A DNA stretch of 12,570 nt, taken from NCBI GenBank assembly GCA_020725315.1, contig DYFG01000037.1, positions 1 through 12,570 on the forward strand, in the 5' to 3' direction. A model generated the notes under the pieces. It was not told the origin of the DNA, ran no database searches, and worked only from the letters and a program-made list of their open reading frames with translations. Both the position numbers and the translations under genes were made by a program. Below are positions 1 to 7,421 of this stretch, in pieces. The DNA is from Nitrosotalea sp. (GTDB lineage: Archaea > Halobacteriota > Syntropharchaeia > Alkanophagales > Methanospirareceae). Every line of letters starts with the position of its first letter. Position 1 is the first letter of the stretch.

Positions 1-1
1 T

Positions 2-53
2 GAACGAAATTCAGAAAACAACATCTTTATAAACTTAAAGTGCGGAATATGGG
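2..53. repeat. Left arm of a perfect 52-bp inverted repeat whose partner is 12519..12570. Position 1 is unpaired only because the window ends, so the IR may extend outward.
   Basis: By-hand reverse complement of 12519..12570 is identical to 2..53 (gaacgaaattcagaaaacaacatctttataaacttaaagtgcggaatatggg). Position 54 versus the complement of 12518 is the first mismatch. Confidence 0.9.
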
Positions 54-580
54 CTGTAAGCGGAAATAGCATCTTCGTAGCTTCCCCTATCAAATGTTTT
101 CTTTGCATCTTCCGATAAAGAGATGCCGATCGCATTTTTACCTGCGATTATGCTCTTCTTCACATTATAAATGTTCTTTTCAATCGCTTTTACAAGCCCT
201 TCATCCTTAAGCCCTTCTGCACCGCTTCTTGCTTCTATGAATTTTCTCAATGATTCCTGGTATTTTCCAATCGATTTCTCATAATCTTTTACTTCGAATA
301 ATCTTGTTGCTTCAGTTGCGAGTCTCTGTGCGGTATCAAATAATCCAGGAGTTGTCTTTTTCCATTCCTCACGCTCCCCTATCTTGACTCTCAGTGTGGC
401 AATGTCTCTCTCCACTTCTTCCACCTTCTTCGGGTCTTTCAGCTTTGATCTTATTGCATTTGCTTCGGATTCGAGTCCTTCCGTGTTCAAAGAGTTTAGT
501 TCCCTCTCGAGTTGCTTTAATCGCTGGACCCTATTTTCATACTCTACAAGTTTCCGTTCTATGAGGGATAGGTCTTTCAT
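35..580 (-). CDS. 181-aa charged coiled-coil protein of unknown function. Its last six codons (PYSAL-stop) lie inside the left IR.
   Basis: Intact ORF. Its ATG overlaps the TGA of the upstream gene as ATGA at 577-580. E/K/R-rich heptad-like sequence and TAA stop at 35-37. Confidence 0.6.
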   Translation of the reverse strand: MKDLSLIERKLVEYENRVQRLKQLERELNSLNTEGLESEANAIRSKLKDPKKVEEVERDIATLRVKIGEREEWKKTTPGLFDTAQRLATEATRLFEVKDYEKSIGKYQESLRKFIEARSGAEGLKDEGLVKAIEKNIYNVKKSIIAGKNAIGISLSEDAKKTFDRGSYEDAISAYSPYSAL

Positions 581-1608
581 TTCAGCATCTCCTCCAGTTT
601 ATCATCTCCTTTATAGCCTTCCTCTTTCAATTGCTCGTATCTGGTCTTTAACACCAGATATTCCTTCCGCTTCTTCTTATTTCTTCTAACTACAAATCCA
701 GCGCCTGTAAAGGCAGCAATGAGCACCACTCCACCGATATAAATGTAGTTATTATTAATTGTTGGAGCAAAGTCAAAGCTGTTTAGCACACCGTCGCCAT
801 CTATATCAATAGCAATGCTCATAGCTTGATTTACAAGCTCTTTTGCTATCTCATATTTCCCGGTGCTTAAAGCCTGTTCTGCCTGAAAAAGTAAAGCCTC
901 CGCTTTAGCCATGTTAAAGCCTTTGGCTTTCTCTGATTCTATTGTTTTCTTTGCCTCTCTTATACCATCCTCGGCAAAAACTTTAAGATTGTCGAAAAAG
1001 TAAACATTATTATCACCAGATCCTGCTGCTATATAAGAGCCATCAGAAGAGACAGAGACACTTTTAACATCTTTACCTGTCTTATAGCTCCAAATAAGCT
1101 TTCCTTCTCTGTTGAAGAAGTAAGTATTGTTATCCCTAGACCCAGCTGCTATATAAGAGCCATCAGAAGAGACTGAGACACCCCAAACCTGATCGCCTGT
1201 CTCATAGCTCCAAATAAGCTTTCCCTCTCTGTTGAAGTAGTAAACATTGTAATCCATAGACCCAGCTGCTATATAAGAGCCATCAGAAGAGACTGAGACA
1301 CTACAAACCGGATAGCCTGTCTTATAGCCCCAAATAAGCTTTCCCTCTCTGTTGAAGAAGTAAACTTTAGTATCATCAGACCCAGCTGCTATATAAGAGC
1401 CATCAGAAGAGACTGAGACACTATTAACCAAACCACCTGTCTCATAGCTCCATAGAAGCCCGTAGTCTTCTTGTGTTCCCTCTGCCTGAGCTACGCTAAT
1501 TAAAAGAAATAAGATTGTAATTATCCCAATTGTCTTCGTCACTTCTTCAGCTTTTTCAGCTAACCTGAGCCACTCCCCTGATGCTCTTTTATTCATTCCA
1601 ATACTCAT
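577..1608 (-). CDS. Membrane-anchored beta-propeller repeat protein (YVTN/PQQ/WD40-like 40-aa blades). It has an N-terminal signal anchor, a C-terminal transmembrane helix and a basic tail.
   Basis: Repeated motif SVSVSSDGSYIAAGSxDxxVYFFNREGKLIWSYxTG occurs four times. Hydrophobic segments are TIGIITILFLLISVAQA (N-terminal) and IGGVVLIAAFTGAGFVV followed by RRNKKKRK (C-terminal). Alternative ATG at 1596. Confidence 0.8.
   Translation of the reverse strand: MSIGMNKRASGEWLRLAEKAEEVTKTIGIITILFLLISVAQAEGTQEDYGLLWSYETGGLVNSVSVSSDGSYIAAGSDDTKVYFFNREGKLIWGYKTGYPVCSVSVSSDGSYIAAGSMDYNVYYFNREGKLIWSYETGDQVWGVSVSSDGSYIAAGSRDNNTYFFNREGKLIWSYKTGKDVKSVSVSSDGSYIAAGSGDNNVYFFDNLKVFAEDGIREAKKTIESEKAKGFNMAKAEALLFQAEQALSTGKYEIAKELVNQAMSIAIDIDGDGVLNSFDFAPTINNNYIYIGGVVLIAAFTGAGFVVRRNKKKRKEYLVLKTRYEQLKEEGYKGDDKLEEMLK
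985..1460. repeat. About four tandem copies of a 120-bp coding repeat (1021-1140, 1141-1260, 1261-1380, 1381-~1460, plus a partial copy upstream), each encoding one propeller blade.
   Basis: The 60-nt sequence lines align in perfect 120-nt register. The block cccagctgctatataagagccatcagaagagactgagaca recurs almost unchanged, as does ctt/ctcatagctccaaataagctttccctctctgttgaag. Confidence 0.9.
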
Positions 1609-1724
1609 ACATTCTTACCATTTCTTACGTAGTTGCAACTTTATTCTCTCCGATCCGAGACTTGCTTAAAGTATCTCATTTGCTTTTTCCTCCCAATATC
1701 TTGATCATTGTTTCGTGCTGTTCC

Positions 1725-1940
1725 TCATGACATAATATCCATGGATGCACGTTCAAGTTTAACCCTATCTCCAACCTTCACACACAACACATCCCTCACC
1801 GTTTTATTAATCCTTATCACATCCATGTCATCATTGACACCCAGCGGTTGAACTGTTACAATCTGCTTCTGCTCATCAAACACGATTCTCGCGTGGTCAA
1901 TCTTTCGCAGACCCAATCGTTCCATTATTACAGGATGCAC
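1725..1940 (-). CDS. Small 71-aa hypothetical protein with a GTG start (or ATG at 1925). It could be an AbrB/SpoVT-like swapped-hairpin DNA binder, but this is very tentative.
   Basis: ORF only. The KVGDRVKLE-type segment is weakly reminiscent of looped-hinge-helix proteins. It overlaps ORF 1897..2100 by 44 nt in another frame. Confidence 0.3.
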   Translation of the reverse strand: MHPVIMERLGLRKIDHARIVFDEQKQIVTVQPLGVNDDMDVIRINKTVRDVLCVKVGDRVKLERASMDIMS

Positions 1941-2100
1941 AACCGCGTCTCTCGAACCTTTCTTGACTTATTCGACCATCTCCGCAATCCTGAGTATCCT
2001 CCTCGAAGGTATGAAATTCGTAGAGCCGCAATAGGTATTTGTAATTCTCTTCAATTGATTTCACCCATTCCAGATGCTGATGGATGAGTTCGCTATCCAT
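1897..2100 (-). CDS. Small 67-aa hypothetical protein lying 8 nt downstream of the SPFH gene. It may be spurious or a remnant.
   Basis: ORF with a GGAG 13 nt upstream of the ATG. It contains three Cys (CGDG...CASC) and overlaps the 1725..1940 ORF. Confidence 0.25.
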   Translation of the reverse strand: MDSELIHQHLEWVKSIEENYKYLLRLYEFHTFEEDTQDCGDGRISQERFERRGCASCNNGTIGSAKD

Positions 2101-2108
2101 AGATAGGA

Positions 2109-3761
2109 TTACTCCTTGCGCCCAATCGCCGTTCCGCAGTTCGTGCAGAACCTCGTGCCAACTGGCAGTTCAGCATTACATCCTGGGCAGATGATAACCT
2201 TCTTCACTTCATAAACAGGTGGGACTGGTTGTGCACCCCCGCCTATTACCACAGGTTGTCCATATCCTCCGCCCGTGACAACCGTTGTGCCTCCGGGTTC
2301 TGCATCCCGCGCCCTCGTAGCAGCCGTAGTCCCCATCTGTTCAAGTGCCTTCGCAGCCATACGTTCTATTCTATCCCCGCCTTTATCCGCAATCTCCTGT
2401 GTAGTCCGTGCAAGTGCCTCCTTATCGCCAAGCCTATCCTCGTATATCTTCATAATCTCCTCAGCGCTCTTCGATTTGTATCTCTCTTTGAACGCCTCGG
2501 CAATTGCAACGCTGTCCCTTGCACCGAGCGCGAGTATCTGCTCGTCTGTAAGACCAGTAGCTAATTTCATTCTCGCCAATTCGCTGAGATATTCTGCCTG
2601 TTTACCCTCTACCATAGATATGAGCGCCTCATCGGTAGCGGCTGAGCGTGCCTTAACCCTCTCTTCTTCTAACTCCGCCTCTATCTTCATCCTCTCAAGC
2701 CCAAGTTCTTGATAGCCAGCCACGTCCTCACGTTTTACTGCTTTCATCGCTTTTAGCAGTTCGATGCCTTCTCTTGCAGCTCTTGCATCCTCCTCGTCTT
2801 CTTTCCGCTCTTTCTCAAGTTCATGTAAATGCCGTTCCATATCCATCTCCAGTTCGTGCCGCTGTTCAACTCGTCTCAGCATCAACCTCCGTGCAAATGC
2901 TCTATCCTCTTGATTATCCTCAAATATCCGTTTGAGCTCGTTCATCTCGTTCTCTCTTATGACTTTATCCCTGTCAAGCTCGTGCAAAAACTTCTCAAGG
3001 TCTTCTACATTCTTGAATTCGTCCATCTTATCATCGGTGAGCCGTGCACGCATCCGCTTCTTGAGTTCGAGTCGCTCATCCTCAAGACCCTCTACTCGCT
3101 CCTCTAAGCCAAGCTTCGCGCCTTCCTTCCCAATATAAGCCCTTTTTTCAATCAAATCCTTCCAATAACTTTCGTCGTAGTCAAAATACGGCATATACAC
3201 GAGTTTAAGACAAACTCTGCTCAGTGTTGTATTCAGTAGATGTTCAAAGTCCTGTTCAAGCTCTTTTTTCAAGTCTAAATTACCGTACAAATCCTCGAAC
3301 GAATACTGCTTGACCTTTGATTGCAGTAAATTCAGCATTTCATTCCTCAGCATAGCTTCAACGTCTGCCGTCGTTATGTGCTCCCTGCCTTTCATAAGAT
3401 TATTGAAGAATAGTATCGGATCCTCAACATTCACAACTATCTTCCCCTTCACACCCGCATCAAAGTTCTCTTTTGTTCTCAGTCCTCCAATGTTGAAGTA
3501 GAGCCCAACATCTGAGTCGTCCACTAATATTACGGTCGCCTTTTCCGCAAGGTTCAGCGTCTTTATCACCTGGATAAGCCCGCCAACGGTGTATGTTCCG
3601 GGTGGTAACTCTCCGAAGAATCTCCCTCCTTGCAAGAATATCGCCTTCGTTCCTGATGTAACGGTTATTTTCTTGCTAAAAAACCCTTTTATGTCACTGA
3701 CCTCGATTCGCTCTGCAAAGTCGTTCGGGTTCCTTTGCCATACGCTTATTTTACCAAACAT
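2109..3761 (-). CDS. 550-aa SPFH (band-7/stomatin/flotillin-like) domain protein. After the SPFH domain it has a long E/R/A-rich coiled coil, a Gly-rich linker and a C-terminal CxxC...CxxC zinc ribbon.
   Basis: The N-terminal ~200 aa follow the SPFH pattern (ITVTSGTKAIFLQGGRFFGELPPGTYTV ... TKENFDAGVKGKIVVNVEDPILFF ... MLRNEMLNLLQSKV ... LSRVCLKLVYM). The C-terminus is CPGCNAELPVGTRFCTNCG. A strong SD AGGAGGTGA lies 7 nt before the ATG, and the stop is TAA. Confidence 0.7.
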   Translation of the reverse strand: MFGKISVWQRNPNDFAERIEVSDIKGFFSKKITVTSGTKAIFLQGGRFFGELPPGTYTVGGLIQVIKTLNLAEKATVILVDDSDVGLYFNIGGLRTKENFDAGVKGKIVVNVEDPILFFNNLMKGREHITTADVEAMLRNEMLNLLQSKVKQYSFEDLYGNLDLKKELEQDFEHLLNTTLSRVCLKLVYMPYFDYDESYWKDLIEKRAYIGKEGAKLGLEERVEGLEDERLELKKRMRARLTDDKMDEFKNVEDLEKFLHELDRDKVIRENEMNELKRIFEDNQEDRAFARRLMLRRVEQRHELEMDMERHLHELEKERKEDEEDARAAREGIELLKAMKAVKREDVAGYQELGLERMKIEAELEEERVKARSAATDEALISMVEGKQAEYLSELARMKLATGLTDEQILALGARDSVAIAEAFKERYKSKSAEEIMKIYEDRLGDKEALARTTQEIADKGGDRIERMAAKALEQMGTTAATRARDAEPGGTTVVTGGGYGQPVVIGGGAQPVPPVYEVKKVIICPGCNAELPVGTRFCTNCGTAIGRKE

Positions 3762-3782
3762 CTTTCTATCACCTCCTATTTT

Positions 3783-4271
3783 TCACCTCACAACCCGCAT
3801 TTTAAACTTAACAGCTTGAATACCTGCTCGGCACCATTTCATGTACTCAAGGCATGCTTTTCGATTAGCTTTCCTCTCCCTACTGAACTCTATTTGCAGA
3901 GACTTGTTGAAATGTTCAAACGCAGTTTTGAGAATGGATAGCGCCTCCTTGTAGCCAGAAAGCGCATCGTCCAGGTCACCAACCGCATCAGACGCCCATG
4001 CAAGATAATAAGGATAGAATGCCTTATCTGTATGTGCAAGACCAATCCTGCTATGATACGAAGCAGTGTAACCTTGTGCTTTGGCGATTTCCGCAGCTTC
4101 CATCCTGAACGAACTGGCTGAGAGCATGTATCTTGCTCTTTCTGTTTTATCCTGCTCCGCCATCTGATGCCAGAGTGAAACCGCCTTGTCATACAACTCG
4201 ATTACAACCTCTTTATTCCGTTCTTTAAGTGCTCTTTCCTTGTATTCTATTGCCTGTTCCCACAGTTCCAT
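3783..4271 (-). CDS. 162-aa all-helical (TPR-like?) protein of unknown function.
   Basis: Intact ORF 3 nt downstream of the 4275..5477 stop. A GAGGTGA SD is embedded in the upstream gene end, and the stop is TGA. Confidence 0.55.
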   Translation of the reverse strand: MELWEQAIEYKERALKERNKEVVIELYDKAVSLWHQMAEQDKTERARYMLSASSFRMEAAEIAKAQGYTASYHSRIGLAHTDKAFYPYYLAWASDAVGDLDDALSGYKEALSILKTAFEHFNKSLQIEFSRERKANRKACLEYMKWCRAGIQAVKFKMRVVR

Positions 4272-4274
4272 TTT

Positions 4275-5477
4275 TCACCTCACCAGCAACAAAACATCCT
4301 TCGCACCCTCTTCCGGTGTTATGATCTCCCCTTTTCCATCTTCCACCATCTCCCTGAATGCACCCACCACTACCTTCCTCGGCACCTGATATTTCGATGC
4401 AACCTTATCAGCCCTGAACTGTAGCACGCCCTCTTTTACATCTTCTTCGAGCTCACTAATCATATTCTCAATCTCCTCCTCCATCGAAACAGGCACGAAC
4501 CACTCCGCAAACTGCTTCGTCTTCTTATCGCTCTCGTTGAAAAACACCTTTCTTTCGCTTAAATCCACGAGATAAACGCTTTTGTTCACGTTCCTGATAT
4601 TTTCTACCTTATCAATAATCCATTCGGTCCATCCTGTAGGTGATACCAGAACCAAAGCACCAAACGAATTCTTCTCACCTTCACCTGCTTGTATAAACCC
4701 GGTAATCATATCAGAGACTTCTTTTCCTATTTTTCGGTAAATAAAACATTCTTCATCTTCTGGAACGATGAATTTAATGTTGAACCCAACAGAAACGCGT
4801 TCACGAATTACCCCTTTTGTAATCTTCGCAGTTATTCCCTCTTTCTCAATATCAATCTTCCAAGCCTCTTTATCGTATTCCTCTTCCGTTAGTGGATTGA
4901 CCACGCCTTGACTCGCGAGACGCGATTGCAATAGGAAGAAATAATTCAACCGCACGAACTCAACATCCTCCTGCGTGAGCACGCTATCCCGTATCTTCTC
5001 TGCATCTTCTGCCAGAACGTTATCAATCGCATTTTTCGTCTTTTCCAACTCCTCCATCTGCTCCTTCACATTTTCGGATAACTGCGCGATGGTCTGTAAT
5101 TCATTACTCATGCGTTCTCGCTGCTCAGCTTCAAATTCCTTTATTCTGCTTTCAAGCTTCTGTTCACGCTCTAAAATCGCTTGCTGCTGCATCGCAATTT
5201 CTTCTTCGCGTTTCTTCATCTGAAGCTTCTTCTGCTTCCATTCATTCACCATAGCTGCGACGACGCTTTTCACCTCCTCAACGCCTTCGCCAATCAATTC
5301 CTTTATGGCTTGTCGGTATCTAATATCCTCAACGTGTTCCCGGTATTCATCTATGGACTCTCTCTGTGATTTTATGTTCTCCTCAAGAGCTCTTGTCTCT
5401 TCTAAAAGTCGTTGCGCCTCTCCAAGCACATCACCCATCGTGCCGGTATCTTTGAAAAACAAGGGCTGCTTCTCCAT
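4275..5477 (-). CDS. 400-aa protein with an N-terminal ~200-aa charged coiled coil and a C-terminal ~200-aa globular domain of unknown function. No Walker A motif is present.
   Basis: Intact ORF with an ATG at 5477 five nt after the upstream TAG and a TGA stop. The composition is coiled-coil (EEIAMQQQAILEREQKLESRIKEFEAEQRER) followed by a mixed alpha/beta-looking C-terminus. Confidence 0.6.
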   Translation of the reverse strand: MEKQPLFFKDTGTMGDVLGEAQRLLEETRALEENIKSQRESIDEYREHVEDIRYRQAIKELIGEGVEEVKSVVAAMVNEWKQKKLQMKKREEEIAMQQQAILEREQKLESRIKEFEAEQRERMSNELQTIAQLSENVKEQMEELEKTKNAIDNVLAEDAEKIRDSVLTQEDVEFVRLNYFFLLQSRLASQGVVNPLTEEEYDKEAWKIDIEKEGITAKITKGVIRERVSVGFNIKFIVPEDEECFIYRKIGKEVSDMITGFIQAGEGEKNSFGALVLVSPTGWTEWIIDKVENIRNVNKSVYLVDLSERKVFFNESDKKTKQFAEWFVPVSMEEEIENMISELEEDVKEGVLQFRADKVASKYQVPRKVVVGAFREMVEDGKGEIITPEEGAKDVLLLVR

Positions 5478-5482
5478 GCGGA

Positions 5483-5986
5483 CTACACCCCCTGCGCCAT
5501 ATTCTTTATGAGGAAGTCCGTTCTGTATAGGAAGATGTTCCTCAAGTTGTCTAAGCTCCGCTTCACTGTTCTTACCTGTAGAATAATGTCCGAAGTCTCG
5601 CCCTTGAGCACATGGTCATACACGAGGTCTGCCGCCTTCGTTATTATTTCTAACTCGCTTAATAACTCTTTATCAAATTCCACCATTCTATCCACTACCT
5701 CATCCGATACCTTATCCTGCTTAAATAAGGGCGATAGTCAAAAAGAGGCATTATCTATTTCGTTTCTGAACAGGTCTAAGGTATTGAGAATGTCTTTGAT
5801 ATGCTCTACTACCTCCCTCCTTCCGTCCTTATAAGCTAAATCGCTAACCTCTTTCAACGTATTATACGACTTTTTCAATTCCCTTGAAAGTTTGTCTCTT
5901 ACCGCACGGTCTGAATTGAGTCTGTTCTTCTTTACTCGATAGTCATAACCCGGTATGATCTTCTCCATCAATTTTCCCATATCCAT
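5483..5986 (-). pseudogene. Possible single ~166-codon gene interrupted by an in-frame TGA at 5738..5740. As annotated it is two small ORFs, 5738..5986 (82 aa) and 5483..5695 (70 aa, GTG start).
   Basis: Both ORFs are in the same minus-strand frame (5986-5695=291=3x97). The 14 codons between the TGA and the next start are open (LSPLFKQDKVSDEV). A GGGGTGA SD lies 5 nt before the ATG at 5986. Confidence 0.4.
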
Positions 5987-6080
5987 ATAATCACCCCTTT
6001 ACCAATTTACTGTTAAGTATATCTTCGAGTTACATTCCTTATAATGGTTGTTACATATAATCAGAATATTAATCAGCATA

Positions 6081-7334
6081 TTACAAAAAATCCGTAACGA
6101 CCCTATCCTTGCTCACTTTATCACCCCAATTCACCAGGCCATTGTACAGAAAAAGTGCTAAGGTCAGGATAAAGATGATGACCGTGGGTATGAAGGAGAA
6201 GGAGATTCCAAACAGGTAAACAAAGATCGACGTACTTACCGGCCCTATCAGGAATCCTGAGGTCTTTGCGAATTCAAAGATACCGGAATAAGCGCCATAT
6301 CTTTCCCGCGGCACAATATCCGTTACCCGTGCCTCTATTAACGGTTCGGCAAAGGTAGTGCCGAGGGATATAATAAATATCGTTGCTAAGAGACCTGGAA
6401 GTAACTTCAGAAATCCTAAGGGTATGATAAAGAGGGTGGAAATTAAGAACCCGAGATAGATCATTTTACTTTTTCCAATTCTATCACCCAACTTACCAAG
6501 CGGTATCTGGAAGAGCAAGAAAGGAGCGGCAGAGATACCTAACCAGAGTCCGATTACGAATGGGTTATAACCCAGGTTGCGAAGAAATAAGGGACCGAAT
6601 ACCCATTTGGCTGAATACCAGAAAAAGAGTGATACGGTGCAGAGAGCCAGAACTTTAAGTTCTCGCTGCTGATTGAACTCCCTGAGTAATATTAACAGAT
6701 CATCCTTACCTATTCCGTTTCTCGTGCTGTTTCTATTACTATTACTATCACGGTTATTATCTTTTAATTTGAGGACTAACAGCAACGATGCGAGGAGCAG
6801 AAGAGCCGAGAAGATGTAAGGAGTTCTTATTTCGAATCGCTCTGCCAATAAGCCGCCAATTAAGGGTCCTATAAATATACCTGCATTTGCAAAGGTACCG
6901 TAAAAAGATCTGAACTCGCCCCTCCTTCCGATAGGCGATATATCCTTAATAACAGCCTCACTGATAACCCAGGCCGGGGCCATGGCGATACCAAATGCTA
7001 TTTGCAACCCTATTAATGCATAAAGGCTGGTATTCCTGAAGAATGCGAAAAGCACGCCCGAGATGAGGAGAAACGAAACGATTAACAATCGTTTCTTTCC
7101 GATTTTATCAGAAAGAACACCAACTGGAAGACTGAATGCCAGCCCGGCAAACGAAGCGAGCGCGGCAATGAGCCCAACCAATTCCGCTTTTCCGAGGAAT
7201 TGCTTCAGGTAGAGTGGATGGACGGTGATGAAAGCGCCTATGAATATGCTGAAAAGGAAGAAGATCGTGGAAAATAAGAGTAACTGAGTGCGGGCTTGGG
7301 CTTTCGGCTGTCGTTGTAATCTCGGTTTGAACAT
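6081..7334 (-). CDS. Major facilitator superfamily (MFS) transporter, 417 aa, about 12 transmembrane helices.
   Basis: Two motif-A signatures (GVLSDKIGKKRLLIVS and LGKLGDRIGKSKMIYLGF) sit in loops 2-3 and 8-9. Hydrophobic helices are present throughout, with a hydrophilic central loop (KDNNRDSNSNRNSTRN). The stop is TAA. Confidence 0.9.
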   Translation of the reverse strand: MFKPRLQRQPKAQARTQLLLFSTIFFLFSIFIGAFITVHPLYLKQFLGKAELVGLIAALASFAGLAFSLPVGVLSDKIGKKRLLIVSFLLISGVLFAFFRNTSLYALIGLQIAFGIAMAPAWVISEAVIKDISPIGRRGEFRSFYGTFANAGIFIGPLIGGLLAERFEIRTPYIFSALLLLASLLLVLKLKDNNRDSNSNRNSTRNGIGKDDLLILLREFNQQRELKVLALCTVSLFFWYSAKWVFGPLFLRNLGYNPFVIGLWLGISAAPFLLFQIPLGKLGDRIGKSKMIYLGFLISTLFIIPLGFLKLLPGLLATIFIISLGTTFAEPLIEARVTDIVPRERYGAYSGIFEFAKTSGFLIGPVSTSIFVYLFGISFSFIPTVIIFILTLALFLYNGLVNWGDKVSKDRVVTDFL

Positions 7335-7421
7335 AGATATAAAACACCTTCTCAGCTAAAAAGAATATTATCTGTACGAATGACCCGGTAAAAAATCCAG
7401 GTCCAAATACAAACTATAACT
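7335..7421. promoter_or_regulatory. 87-bp AT-rich divergent intergenic region between the MFS gene (-) and the phosphatase gene (+). It is a likely bidirectional promoter region. No SD precedes the phosphatase ATG, so the transcript may be leaderless.
   Basis: The region is AT-rich (gatataaaac, aaaaagaatattatc, caaactataact), and both flanking genes start at its edges. Confidence 0.35.

Noticed and set aside
384-689. Plus-strand ORFs antisense to the minus-strand coiled-coil and SPFH genes: 384..689, 2229..2564, 2275..2712, 2829..3138, 3310..3501, 3589..3941, 4186..4389, 4689..5511 and 5412..5834.
   Set aside because: They have low-complexity Ser/Leu/Phe-rich translations typical of the reverse strand of E/K/R-rich coiled-coil genes. 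They lack SD sites and lie entirely inside strongly supported genes.
985-1460. Possible CRISPR array suggested by regularly spaced repeats.
   Set aside because: The repeats are 120-bp contiguous coding units, which are propeller blades inside an intact ORF. They are not short direct repeats separated by unique spacers.
3890-4192. Nested same-strand ORFs 3890..4192 (-), 7108..7347 (-), 7352..7558 (-), 7902..8162 (-), 8488..8706 (-), 9897..10082 (+), 10894..11079 (-), 11328..11819 (-) and 12276..12467 (-).
   Set aside because: They are out-of-frame or antisense ORFs inside the better-supported genes (162-aa protein, MFS, phosphatase, helicase, nuclease). They have no motifs and no translation signals.
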